Assembly: GCF_009914755.1 (NCBI RefSeq)
Contig: NC_060930.1
Length of the DNA: 64,000 nucleotides
Direction: 5' to 3' (one strand)
DNA from: the human T2T-CHM13v2.0 reference genome, Homo sapiens
Shown here piece by piece: positions 29,399-43,898 of this stretch; position 1 is the stretch's first letter, and the number at the start of each line of letters is the position of its first letter. Both the position numbers and the translations under genes were made by a program. The notes below the pieces were generated by a model. That model had not been told where the DNA came from. It did no database searches and saw nothing but the letters and a program-made list of their open reading frames with translations.

Positions 29399-30343
29399 TT
29401 TTAAGCAAAAATTCTTTATTTTATTTTATTATTATTATTTTTTTGAGACGGGGTCTCCCTCTGTTGTCCAGGCTGCAGTGCAGTGCCTCGGTCTCTGCTC
29501 ACTACAACCCCCGCGTCCCAGGTTCAAGCAATTCTCCTGCCTCAGCCTTCTGAGTAGCTGGAATTACAGGCATACACCACCACACCTGGCTAATTTTTTT
29601 TGTTTTTAGTAGAGATGGGGTTTCAGCATGTTGGTCAGGCTTGTCTCCAACTCTTGACCTCGTGATCTGCCTGCCTCGGCCTCCCAAAGTGCTGGGATTA
29701 CAGGCATGAGCCACTGCGCCCGGCCAATTTTTAAGAAAAATGTATAATTTCTCATTTTCTATTCTTGGCATAAATTTTCATTATTTCTAGTGGAACCAAA
29801 ATCTCCTGAACACCATTCAGTGTCATCCAAAGCTTGAACTCCTATTTCTAGATAAAAAAATCCATTCAGCCCTGAACTGTGCAATTTGATCACTGTTTTT
29901 GACTTCAAACTTTGCCAAAATTAAATAGTGCAACACCAACATTTCCTCTATAATTTTCATCTATGACACCAGCTCCTACATCAATAAAATGTTTTGCAGC
30001 CAAGCCAGACCATGGAACTACTCTTCCTAACACCCAGAGAAGGAAGAGCTACCTGAATGTCTATTTTCGTGAGTGCTTTCTCTATAGGTGGTATTGTCTA
30101 ATCATAGGCATTGTACAAGTTGTAGCCTGCACTTCTCACAGACCCTCAGGTTGGAGCCATGGCATGCTCAGAGAGCTGGGCAAGGCACAGCTGCATGTCA
30201 CCCTCCTCCACAGGCCAGCCGATTTGCTGGGGGAAATGGTGGGTGTTTCTTCAGAGCAGGTTATGGCAGAGCAAGAAGGCAAGCAAGGAGAGAGCCCAGG
30301 GAACTAGGGAGCACAGGATGGCAGGGAGCTGGCCAAAAATGTC
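29399..30343 (-). pseudogene. DUTP5: DUT (dUTPase, nuclear-isoform) processed pseudogene; probably DUTP5
   Basis: Minus strand gives (I)[113 protein letters not shown], collinear with human dUTPase and intronless. CDS remnant 30264-29777 has ATG>ATA, stops and frameshifts. A-tail and 12-bp TSD AA(T/C)ATATACTTT at 29387-29398 and 30344-30355. The symbol comes from recall of the locus. Confidence 0.95.
29415..29725 (-). mobile_element. AluS inserted in the DUT retrocopy 3'UTR
   Basis: Full dimer with a TTA/TTTTA-patterned tail. DUT 3'UTR sequence lies on both sides. Confidence 0.93.
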
Positions 30344-30372
30344 AACATATACTTTAGATTCAAAAACGTTTC

Positions 30373-31206
30373 TTTCTTTTTTTTTAGACAACCTACATGA
30401 CATGTTTTTCTTAAAAACAATGCCTCCACTCCAAATAAATCATGGTCAAAATAAATGAAGAGCTCAAGATGACATCAGTCCCATTTGTCTTAAGTCCTGG
30501 TGTTGTGTGGCTGACAAGCAGAAGCCAGTTATGATGACAGGTAATAGATCCAGTCATTGCCAAATTTGTTAATTTTTTTTCCATTTCTAAGCCATCCTTA
30601 AAGGAAATCCCACATGGGTTACACCAACCTCACGGTAGTCCTGTGGAGCAACCATGCCATCTGGATTCATGTTTTCACCAATAAAGAAGTGGTAGCTTTT
30701 GAAATTAGCAAGGATGTGTTTGATTTGTTCTGCAGCCCCTGTCATAAAAGGTTTTACTCTTTCTGGTCTCTGTTCTTCAAGTTTGCCTTTGGTTGATTTC
30801 ATGTAATCTTTGGTGTATTATACTTCTTGTAGGCTTCTTTTGTGAAGCTTGTTTCCTGCAGGTGATGGTTCATGACAGTAAGGATACCAGTGATTACTGT
30901 GCTTTTGGTACCTTCGCTTTCAGTGCCTTCAGCGGAGGCATTTCCACCAATGAGCAAGTCATCAATGTTACCCTCTGTCCTACTTACCAATTTCCCCTCC
31001 ACCTCCAGGCACAGCCCATCCGCAGTCTCCCGGATTTTGTAAATGTGGGAGAACATCTCATCATGGCTGATGAGGTCCCAGTAGATAAATCATGATGGTG
31101 GCTGAAGGCAGACGATGGCGGCATTAGCATAGCAGGAGCCCAGAGCTCGGAGCGAGCGGGGTGCAGCCTGAGCAGCACTCCAAGGGAGCGGGGTGCAGCG
31201 GAAAAG
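30373..31206 (-). pseudogene. TPT1P6: TPT1 (TCTP) processed pseudogene; probably TPT1P6
   Basis: ORFs 30799..31056 and 30587..30802 are frameshifted TCTP halves ([22 protein letters not shown]...; [31 protein letters not shown]). Ancestral ATG at 31093 with a +1 insertion at codon 3; stop at 30569. Intronless, with 5' end CTTTTCCGC and 3'UTR present. Imperfect TSD at 30362-30372 and 31207-31219. The symbol comes from recall. Confidence 0.95.
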
Positions 31207-31995
31207 AAAAACAAATTTCAAGAACCAAAGCAAGAAAATAGAAGGATGGTGAAGGGAATAAAATGCATAAAGTTACCAAAAGAGAGCTGGAGTTGCTATA
31301 TTAATATCGGACAAAGTAGACTTTAAGAAGAAGACATTTTATAATGATAAAAGAATAAATTCATCAGAAATAAGAAAAACAATTATAAACATGTATACAT
31401 ATAACAACAAAATCTAAAAATACACGAAGTAAAAACTGACAGAATTGCAAAGAGAAATAGTCAATTCAATAACAACAATCGGAAACTTCAATACCTCACT
31501 TTTAATAATCGATTGAACAAGGAGACAGAAGATCAAGAAGAAAATAAAAGGCTTAAACAACACTTTAAGTAAACCCAGCAGACATCTAAATAACACTCCA
31601 CTCAACAACAGAATATACAGTCTTTCCAAGGGCACATGGAACATTCTTCAGGATAGACGACATGTTGGGCCACAAAACCAGCCTCCATAAATTAAAAAGG
31701 ATTTACATCATATAAAGAATGTCCTCCAACTACAATGGAATAAAATTAGAAATTAACCAATGAACAAAATTTAGGAAATTCACAAATATGTGGAAATTAA
31801 GCAACACACTGCTAAAAAAAAAACAAAAACAAACAAAAAAACCCAATGGATTAAAGAAGAAATCCCAAGGGAAATTAGAAAGTACTTTAAGATGAATGAA
31901 AATTTAAAAAATAAAAAACCACCATGACTCATGGGATACATTGAAGGCAGTGTTTAGAGGGAAATTTATTACTCAAAAAGCCCATATTTAAAAAA

Positions 31996-33205
31996 ATAAC
32001 AAGCTCAATAGCAAAAAATAGAAATAACCCTATTTAAAATGGGCAAAGAATTTAAATAGACATTTCTCAAAAGAAGATATATGAACAGCCAACAAGAATA
32101 TGAAAAAATGTTCAATATCAGAGAAATACAAATTAAAACCACAAAGATGCATCATCTCATACATATTAGAATGGCTATTATCAAACACACGAAAAATAAC
32201 AAGTGTTGATGAAATTCTCAGAAGAAAATATAGGAGTAAATATTTATGTCTTAGGACCAAGCAATGGTTTCCTGGATATGACACCACTTTTTATAATATT
32301 AAAAGCTTTTGTGCTTAAGGGATCCTACCAAGAAAGTGAAAAGACAATCCACATAATGAGAGAAAATATTTGCAAATCATGTATCTTATAAGGAGTTTGT
32401 ATCCAGACTACATAAACAACTCTTACAACTCAACAACAAAAACATAAATAACTCAGTTTTAGAAATACAAAAAGGATTTAGTAGCCATTTCTCCAAGATA
32501 TACAAATGGCTAATAAGTACATAAAAAGATGCCCAAATAATTAGCTGTTAGAGAAATGCAAATTATAACCAATGAGATATCACTTCATAACCACTAGTAC
32601 TTTGCAAAACAATTTGGCAATTCCTTAAGATGTAGAAACATCGAGTTTCTACATAAATCAGTCATTCCGCTCCTAGAGAGAATTGAAAACATATGTTCAC
32701 ACAGAAACCTTTCCTAGAATTTCATAACAGCATTATTCATAACAGGCAAGAAGTGAAAATAATCCAAATGTCAATCAATTGATGGATGAATAAATACAAT
32801 GTTTTATATTCATACAACGGAATATTACGCACCCATAAGAAGGAATGCAGTACTGATACACACTATAACCTGGATGAACCATGAAAATATTATGCTAAGT
32901 GAAAGGAGTTAGTCACAAAGAACTGCATATAGTATGAATCTACTTATATTCAATTTCCAGAATAGGGAAATTCATGAAGACAGAAAATAGATTGGTGATT
33001 TCCTAGGTCTGGAGAAGATGGGGAGAAATTGAGAGTGACCACTAATGGGGGTTTCTTTAGGGGGGTGACAAAAATGTTATAAAATTGACTTGGTGATAGT
33101 TGTACATCTTTGTGGATATATTAAAAACAACTGAATTGTACACTTAAAAAAGGTAAATTTTATAGATTTTAATTACATCTCAATTAAGCTATTATTTAAA
33201 AATAG
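31996..33205 (+). mobile_element. Old L1M ORF2 C-terminal fragments and L1MB/MC-type 3' end (two partly overlapping segments)
   Basis: gggcaaagaatttaaatagacatttctc..., then a restart at ~32215. 3' end gaattgtacacttaaaa...catctcaattaagct. Confidence 0.8.
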
Positions 33206-33693
33206 AGTTACCGTTGAGTGCTGAGTAACATTTCTGTCTCTTTTGAAGGCCCAGATTCTCAGGCACAATGGTCTGGGACAGGTTGAAGGTTACAGGGCTG
33301 AGACGATAAAATCAGGTTAATCTTATATTAGTAATTCTCATGAAAATGGGATTATGTTGCTGACCTATTTTAAAGCTTGTCCTTTAGCTTCTCTCAGCTA
33401 TGGGAAATCAAGAGCTCCACAATTTTGTAAAAATACACGGAAGCCTATGGAAGTACTACAGATGGGTTCATAATTAAAACAAGGTGATTTATTCACCTAC
33501 CAGTTCTGTGAACTTGAGCAAGACATGCACTCAAATCTTTGATTGTACCTTCCGTAATATAGAGATTTAAAAAGTACTTACTCTACATCATAGGATTGTT
33601 GAGATAATTAAATGAGATTTAATAGTTATACAATGCCAGGCACATGGAAAAGATATGATTGATGCTGGCTGCCCTTAAAGATATATGTTAATT

Positions 33694-34160
33694 CATGCAC
33701 ACGTATGTTTATTGCAGCACTATTCACGATAGCAAAGACTTGGAACCAACCCAAATGTCCATCAGTGACAGACTGGATTAAGAAAATGTGGCACATATAC
33801 ACCATGGAATACTATGCAGCCATAAAAAAAAGGTGAGTTCATGTCCTTTGCAGGGACATGGTTGAAGCTGGAAACCATCATTCTCAGCAAACTATCACAA
33901 GATTAAAAAGCTAAACACCATATGTTCTCACTCATAAGTAGGAGTTGAACAATGAGAACACATGGACACAGGGAGGGGAACATCACATGCTGGGGCTGGT
34001 CAGTGGGTGGGGGACTAGGGGAGGAATAACATTAGGAGAAATACCTAATGTATGTGATGGATTGATGGGTGCAGCAAACCACAAGGGCACGTGTATACCT
34101 ATGTAACAAAATTGCACGTTCTGCACATGTAACCCAGAACTTAAAGTATTAAAAAAAAAA
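33694..34160 (+). mobile_element. Short 5'-truncated L1PA 3' end
   Basis: Typical L1PA 3'UTR and poly-A. Imperfect TSD AAAGATATATGTTAATT / AAAGATACGTGTGAATT. Confidence 0.92.
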
Positions 34161-34821
34161 AGATACGTGTGAATTATTCTGCAAAGGGAAGGGGGAAACT
34201 CAGGCATGGTAATGTCAGTCTTCCTTACATATCAGCTGGGTTCCCTTTTATGGGAATGAACAGGCTGCTCAGCTCCCCACAAAAATGTTCCTTGAATGCC
34301 ATTAGTACCTACCACTACTTCCAGTACTTCCCAGTCCATCATTCTATGGACAGGGGCATCTGCATACCCAGCTCCTGCCCACTGTTGTTCGACGAAGCAT
34401 CTTTTCCAGGCCTGCCCAATCCATCATTGTATCACCAGAGAGCAATCTCTTTGGAAACTGTTTTGCAAGTTTGGGAGAGTAGATTATTATATTGTCTCTT
34501 CTGACATAGAATGAGGAATTATACCACAGAGGAACCAAGACTCTTGCCCAAGGTCTCAGACAGTGTGCTGTTTCTAATACGTGCTTCCTCCCAGTCAAAA
34601 GAGATAAAAATGTGTTAAAGTTTGACCCAATGAGATTAGAGAGCCAGACAGATCCGGATATGCTGAACTAGGCAAAGGATTTTCTCCTCTGTGCATCCTC
34701 AACTTTGAAAACGCTGCTGTGAGAATTAAATAAAACAATGAAAGTAAGGTGTTGACCACAGGGCTTACCTCTCCTCATATTTTCTATAGCTTAAAAAAGT
34801 ATGTGTTACATGTATACTTTT

Positions 34822-35468
34822 TGAAACTGCCTTTGCAAAAATTATAACAGTGAGAAAATTATGACAGTGAAAGAGATCTGATCTAAGTAACCCCCATCTT
34901 GCCTTTAACCTCCAAACTGCTCTTGGTCATTCTTGGGCTTAGACCAAGCTAATTTTGGGAGACCTTTATAGTTTAGATGATAACAGCCCTTCCCCAAAAC
35001 TAAACTGCCTTTGTAAAGCTAATGAAAGGCCACCAGGTTAGAGTGTGAGGGGCCTGAATTCTGCTAAGGAGTAGTTATAAACAATTACTAGCCATTATCC
35101 CAGAGGTCACAAGACTTGCAACTCCCCCAATTACTCTTGCAGATAACATCACTATTGTAGACCCTAAGATTGGCCTTTTGAGATGTCTTTTCAGGTGTTT
35201 GCATTTCTGATGACCTATGTGTCCACTCGGACCCACCAACTCCTGCCAGCTGGTCCTGTGGCCTCACTCAGAAGCCAACTCCCTGGCCCACTAAACTATC
35301 CTTGAAAAACCCTAGCCTCCAAATTTTCTGGGAGATTGATTTGGGTAACAACTCTGTCTCCCATGTGGGATGGCTGGCCTCATGTCAGTTAAACTATATT
35401 GCAATGCCATGGTCTCTGAATTTATTTTGTTTTTGCAGTGGGCAGGAAGAACTCATGGGGCAGTTACC
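34822..35468 (+). mobile_element. ERV1 solo LTR, LTR8A-like
   Basis: Starts TGAAACTGCCTTTGCAAAAATTATAACAGTGAGAAAATTATGACAGTGAAAGAGATCTG and ends GGGCAGTTAC. Confidence 0.8.
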
Positions 35469-35969
35469 TTTTCTTCAAAATGTAGTAGATACAAATATAT
35501 AGCTATGATTTTTCCACAAGTGGTTATATTCTTTCAAATTTCTAGTTTTCTGGTGGAAAAAGGGGGGTGTTACAGAATAAAAGGTAGCTTGCTTAAAATG
35601 CAAATTGGACTGTTAATGATTATTAATATAGAAATATGAGAAAAAAAGCTTCATCTTTGGAGCTCTGTACTTCTGATAATTGTTTCCAGAACAAATGGAA
35701 TCCTCATTTTTCTGCAACAGCTTTAGGGCAGGCTAACCTATAAATTTCTTTTTAAATAACTGTTGAGTCTATTACAAAGACTTCTAAATTGCTAGGCAGT
35801 GCGGCCCACATATCCTTGGGATAACAAAGCACACTGTGATTCTCTGGCCTCTAACCTCTTCTACAACACACCAGGAAAATGATGTAAGGTTTCTGAAATC
35901 CCCCTATTTCTATTGGGAAAAAGGCTAGAAATGGCTCTTTGCCAATTATGTGATATGTTTAAGAAATGA

Positions 35970-37625
35970 TTTTTTTTAACTTTTATTTTAGGTTCAGGGA
36001 TACATGTGAAGGTTTGCTATATAGGTAAACTCATGTCATGGGGTTGTATTATACATGTTATTTCATCACCCAGGTATTAAGCCTAGCACCTGTTAATTCT
36101 CTTTCCTGATCATCTCCCTCCTCCCACCTTCCACCCTCAAGTAGACCCTAGTGTATGTTGTTCCCTTCTTTGTGTTCATGGGTTCATCATTTATCTCCCA
36201 CTTATAACTGAGGACATGCGGTATTTGGCTTTCTGTTCCTGCATTAGTTTGCTAAGGATATGGCCTCAAGCTCCATCCATGTTCCCACAAAAGACATGAT
36301 TGCATTCTTTTTATGGCTGCATAGTATTCCATGATGTATATGTACCACATTTTCTTCATCCAATCTGTCATTGATGGACTTTTAGTTTGATTCCATGTCT
36401 TTGCTAGTGGGAATGGTGCTGCAATGAACATTTGCCTACATGAGTCTTTATGGTAGAATGATTTATATTCCTCTGGATATATACCCAGTAATGGAATTGC
36501 TGGGTCGAATGGTAGTTCTGCTTTCAGCTCTCTGAGGAATCACCATACTGCATTTCACAATGTTAGAACTAATTTACACTCCCACCAACAGTGTATAAGT
36601 GTTTCATTTTCTCCACAACCTTGCCAGCATCTGTTAGTTTTTGACTTTTTAATAATGGCCATTCTGACTGGTGTGAGATGATATCTCATTGTGGTTTTGA
36701 TTTTCATTTCTCTAATGAACAGTGATATTGAACTTTTATTCATATATTTGTTGGCTTCTTTTGAAAAGTGTCTGTTCATGTCCCTTGGCCACTTCTTAAT
36801 AGGGTTGTTTGTTTTTATCTTGTAAATTTGTTTAAGTTCCTTATAAATGCTGGATATTAGATCTTTGTCAGATGCATAGTTTGCAAATATTTTCTCTCAT
36901 TCTCTAGGTTCCTGTTTACTCTGTTGATATTTTATTTTTCTGTGCAGATGCTCTTAAGTTTAATTAGACTTCATTTGTCAATTTTTACTTTTGTTTCAAT
37001 TGCTTTTGGTGTCGTTGTCATGAAATCTTTGCCTGTTCCTATGTTCAGGATTGTATTGCCTACATTGTCTTCTGGAGTTTGTATAGTTTTAGGCTTTATA
37101 TTTGAGTCTTTAATCCATCTTGAGTTGATTTTTATATATTGTGTAAGGAATGGGTCCCACGTCAATCTGCTGCATATGCGTAGCCAGTAATCCCAGCATC
37201 ATTTATTGAAAACGGGGTCTTTTCCCCATTGCTTGTTTTTGTCAGCTTTGTTGAATATCAGATGTGTGGCCTTATTTTTGGGCTCTCTATTCTGTTCCAT
37301 TGATTGATATGCCTGTTTTTGTAATAGTACCATCCTGTTTTGGTTACTGTAACCTTGTAATATAGTTTGAAGTTGAGTAACATGATGACTCCAGCTTTGT
37401 TATTTTTGCTTATGGTTGCTTTGTCTATCTGGGCCCTTTTTTTGGTTCCATATGAATTTTAAAATAGTTTTTTCTAGTTCTGTGAAGAATATAGTTGGTA
37501 GTTTGATAAGAATAGCATTGAATCTGTAAATTGCTTTGGGCAGTATGGCCATTTTAATGATATTGATTCTTCCTATCCATGAGCATGGGATATTCTTCCA
37601 TTTGTGTGTGTCTTCTCTGAAGAAA
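35970..37625 (-). mobile_element. 5'-truncated L1PA/L1PB
   Basis: Minus ORFs carry ORF2 text ([31 protein letters not shown]; [18 protein letters not shown]). Confidence 0.92.
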
Positions 37626-37844
37626 TGATATTTCTTTTTAACATTTTGAAGCATATCATTGAAAAATTGGCAATGTAGATGTTCCCCTTTACTACACAAC
37701 TGATTGAAATTGCAGGCCATCTCCTTAAATAGCCAACTCCTTGTTTTGTTCACTATGTTCTTACTGTTGACATCAAAAAATAATTCTTATTTTTTTAGTC
37801 CTTTTTAGAAGTTACAAATGCTGTCAATATTTTGAAATTTTATT

Positions 37845-38655
37845 TCCTTTTTTATTGATATATACATATTTTGGGGGCACATGTCATAGTTTGATACTTG
37901 TGTACAGTGTGTAATGATCAAATCAGGGTAATTGGAATATCCATTACCTCAAACATTGTACTTGTGTTGAGAACACTTAAATCTTCTCCTCTTGCTTTTT
38001 TTAAATATACAATAAATTATTAACTAGAATTTCCCTACTGTACTATGGAATACCATAACTTATAGCTTCTGTCAAGGCATTTGAACCAAAGCAACTCCAT
38101 TTTAATAGGAGCTGGGTAAAATGAGGCTGAAACTACTGGGAGATGCATTCCCAGACGGTTAAGGCATTCTAAGTCACAGGATGAGATAGGAGGTCAGCAC
38201 AAAATGCAAGTCCTAAAGACCTTGCTGATAAAACAGGTTGCAGTAAAGGAGCAAGCCAAAATCCACCAAAATCAAAACGGCAATGAGAGTGACCTCTGGT
38301 CGTCCTCACTGCTACACTCCCACCAGCGCCATGACAGTTTACAAATGCTGTGGCAACATCAGGAAGTTATCCTATATGGACTCAAAAGGGGAAGCATGAA
38401 TAATCCACTCCTGTTTAGTATATCATCAAAAAATAACCATAAAAATGGGTAACCAGCAGCCCTTGGGGCTGCTCTGTCTATGGAGGAGCCATTCATTTAT
38501 TCCTTTACTTTCTTAATAAACTTGCTTTCTCTTTGCACCGCGGACTTGCCCTCAATTCTTTCTTGCACAAGATCCAAGAAGCCTCTCTTGGGGTCTGGAC
38601 TGGGAACCCTGTCCTGTACCACTTCTATCTAACTGTATGTTTGTGCCCCTTAATT
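37845..38655 (-). mobile_element. L1MA-type 3' end split by MER41A
   Basis: tgtaatgatcaaatcagggtaattggaatatccattacctcaaacatt; sequence continues after the LTR. Confidence 0.7.
38070..38621 (+). mobile_element. MER41A solo LTR
   Basis: TGTCAAGGCATTTGAACCAAAGCAACTCCAT...CCTGTACCA with TSD CTTC. Confidence 0.88.
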
Positions 38656-39174
38656 AAGTTGAAAATGTTTTTTAAGAAAGAAAGCAGAAAAACAATGCCA
38701 AACACAATTTTGCCTGGAAAGAAATACTTTGTACTCTGTGCAAATGGAGCACATGTGAGATTTGTCACATATCCTGTTTTCTTACTTTCACGAAAAAAAA
38801 AAACCCTCCTCAGGTCATTATCATTCATTGCTCCCTATACAGACAAGCCCTAATAAGGAAGACTCCTGGTATCCTGAAGTTTTTCCATAGCCATAGAGTC
38901 AATACCCTTATCAGAAGCAGATCTCTGAATTACTCCATTTTGAAAAAATTTTGTCAGAAAATGAGAACATCATAGAGAGTGCTTCTCTACCACTAAGAAA
39001 GAAAACCATAAAAGAGAGAAAAACTATAAGTAGAAGTTATACTTTTTCTAAGAGAAAAAGAAAACTCATTCTTGTTTCGCTCTGAAAAAAAAAAATGATC
39101 CTTTGGTTGTATTACCTGTCAGTTTTTTATAATTACATGAAAAAAATTAATCTTTTATATTTTTTAAACAAGGA

Positions 39175-39394
39175 GAATATTCTACCCTTTGTTTAGCATA
39201 TTATCAAGAAATAACCATAAAAATAGGCAAATAGCAGCCCTCGGGACTCCTCTTTCTGTGGAATAGCCATTCTTTTATTCCTTTACTTTCCTAATAAACT
39301 TGCTTTCACTTTACAGACTCTCCTTGGATTCTTTCTTGTGTGAAATCCAAGAACCCTCTTTTGGGATCTGGGTCAGGCCTCATTTCCTGTAACA
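39175..39394 (+). mobile_element. MER41 LTR, 3' portion only
   Basis: Matches the 3' ~220 bp of the neighbouring copies and ends CCTGTAACA. Confidence 0.85.
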
Positions 39395-40006
39395 GTATCA
39401 TACAAGTAGTTTCACAGCCCTAAAAATCATCTGTGCTCCACATGTTCATTCCTTCTTTGCTCCAAACCTCTGGCAACCACTTATCCTTTTACTGTCTCCA
39501 AGTTTGCCTTTTCCAAAATGTCATATATATATCATAGAGTAGGTAGCCTTTTCAGATTAGCTTCTTTCATTAGTAATATGCATTTAAGTTTCTTCCATGT
39601 CTTTTCATTTCTTGATAGCTCATTTCTTTTTAGCACTAAATAATATTTCAATATACCATTGTCTGGATGGACCACAGTTTATTCATTTACCTAATAAAGG
39701 ACATCTAGTTTGCTTCCAAGTTTTGGCAATTATGAATAAAACTGCTCTAAACAGTTCATCCACAGGTTTTTGTGTGGACATAGGTTTTTAACATATTGAG
39801 TAAATACCAAGGTGAGCAGTTGCTGGATTGTATGGTAAGGATATGTTTATTTTTGTAAGAAATGCCAGACTGTCTTCCAGAATGGCTATATCATTTTTTA
39901 TTCCCACCAGTAATGAATGAGAGTACCTGTTGCTCTACACCCTCACCAGCACTTGGTGTTGTCAGTGTTCTGGATTTTGACCATTCTAAAAGGTGTGTAG
40001 TGGTAT

Positions 40007-40556
40007 TGTCAGAGGCGTTTGAACCAGAGCAACTCCATCGTGAATAGGGGCTGTGTAAAATAAGGGTAAGATCCGCTGGGCTGCATTCCCAGACAGTTAG
40101 GCATTCTAAGTCACAGTCTGAGATAGGAGGTTGGCACGAGATACAGGTCATAAGAACCTTTCTGATAAAACAGATGCAGTAAAGAAGCCGGCAAATCCCA
40201 CCAAAACTAAGATGGCAATGAGAGTGACTTCTGATCATCCTCACGACTACACTCCCACCAGCACCATGACAGTTTACAAATGCCATGGCAACGTCAGGAA
40301 GTTACCCTATACAGTCTAAAAAGGGGAGGCATGAATAATCCACCCCTTCTTTAGCATATAATCAAGAAATATCCATAAAAATGGGCAACCAGCAGCCCTC
40401 CTGGCTGCCCTGCCTATGAAGTAGCCATTCTTTCTTCTTTTACTTTCTTAATAAACTTGCTTTCACTTTACTCTATGGACTCGCCCTGAATTCTTTCTTG
40501 TGCGAGAGCCAAGAACTCTCTCTTGGGGTCTGGATTGGGACCCCTTTCCATTAACA
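40007..40556 (+). mobile_element. MER41A solo LTR
   Basis: TGTCAGAGGCGTTTGAACCAGAGCAACTCCATC...TTAACA with TSD GTAT. Confidence 0.9.
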
Positions 40557-40680
40557 GTATCTCATTGTTTTAATTTCCATTTCCCTGATGACATGTGATG
40601 GGGAGTGTCTTTTCATATGCTTACTTGCAATGTGGATGTCTTCTTTAGTAAGGTATCTGTTAGATATTTTGCCCATTTTT

Positions 40681-42267
<1,587 letters not shown>

Positions 42268-43400
42268 GATCTTTTGCCCATTTTTTAATCAGGTTGTTTG
42301 TTTTCTTACTGTTGAGTTTCAAGAGCTCTTTGTATATTTGGGGTAATAGTCCTTTATCAGATATATCATTCAGAAATATTTTCTCCCTGTCTGTTTCTTG
42401 TCTACTCACTGTCTTGACAATGTACTTGGAAGAGCAGTAGTTTTAACTTTAATGAAGCCCAGTTTTCCAATCCTTTATTTAATGCTTCATGCCTTTGGCA
42501 TTGTATCTAAAATGTCATCATTATACTCAAGATCGTATTCTCCTATATTATTTTCTAGGAGCTGTATAGTGTTATTTTTATAGTTAGGTCAATGATCAAT
42601 TTTGAGTTAATTGTTGGGAAAGGTATAAAATCTGTAAGATCTGTGTCTAGATTGTTTTTATTTTTTTATTTTTTATTTTGCATGTGGATGTTCTAGCACC
42701 ATTTGCTGAAAAGACGACCTTTTATCCATTGTACTGCCTTTGCTCATTTGTCAAGAATCAGTTGACTATATTTATGTTGGTTTGTTTCTGGACTCCCTGT
42801 TTAATTGCATTGATCTATTTGTCTTTTCTCCTTTCGGTACCACATTGTCTTGACTACTGCAGTTTATAGTAACTGCTGAAGTCACGTAGTATCAGTTCTC
42901 TAACTTTGTTCTCATTCAATATTGCATTGGCTATTCTGGATCTTTTTGCCCCTCCATATAACCTTTAGAATCAGTTTGTCAACCTCCACAAAATAACTTG
43001 CTGAGAATTTGGGGGGATTGTGTTGAATTTTGGGAAGAGTGGAGAAGAACTGACATCCGGAAAATATTGTCTTCATATCCACGAATATGACATATCTATT
43101 TACTTAGTTCTTCTTTGATTTTTTTTTTCTCAGGGTTTTCTAGCTTTCTCATATAGATCTGCTATACATTTTTTTAGATTTATACCTAAGTATTTTATTT
43201 TTAGGGCGGGCCAATGTAAATGGCACTGCTTTTCATTTCAAATTCCACTTGTTCATTGCTGGTATATAAAAAAGTGATTGATATTTTGTGTGTTAGTTTT
43301 ATATCCCATCCTACAACCCTGCTATAATTGCTTGCTAATACCAGGAGTGTTTGTGTCAATTCTTTTGGATGTTATACATAGACAATGACTCCATCTGTGA

Positions 43401-43898
<498 letters not shown>

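Larger units (their letters stand above)
28911..31995 (+). mobile_element. Old L1M inter-ORF / ORF2 endonuclease region, split by the DUT and TPT1 retrocopies
   Basis: 29290-29395 encodes TLNVNGL..PIKRQRL..CCLQ-like EN N-terminus. It resumes after the inserts with KRAGVAILISDKVDFK (31279-31326) and TIGNFNTSL. Confidence 0.85.

Noticed and set aside
29963-30458. Plus-strand ORFs of 89-114 aa
   Set aside because: Antisense frames of the DUT pseudogene, with no independent coding evidence.
38070-40556. MER41 LTR pair as the two ends of one provirus
   Set aside because: Each LTR has its own different TSD, and the intervening DNA is L1 and unique sequence, not ERV internal sequence.
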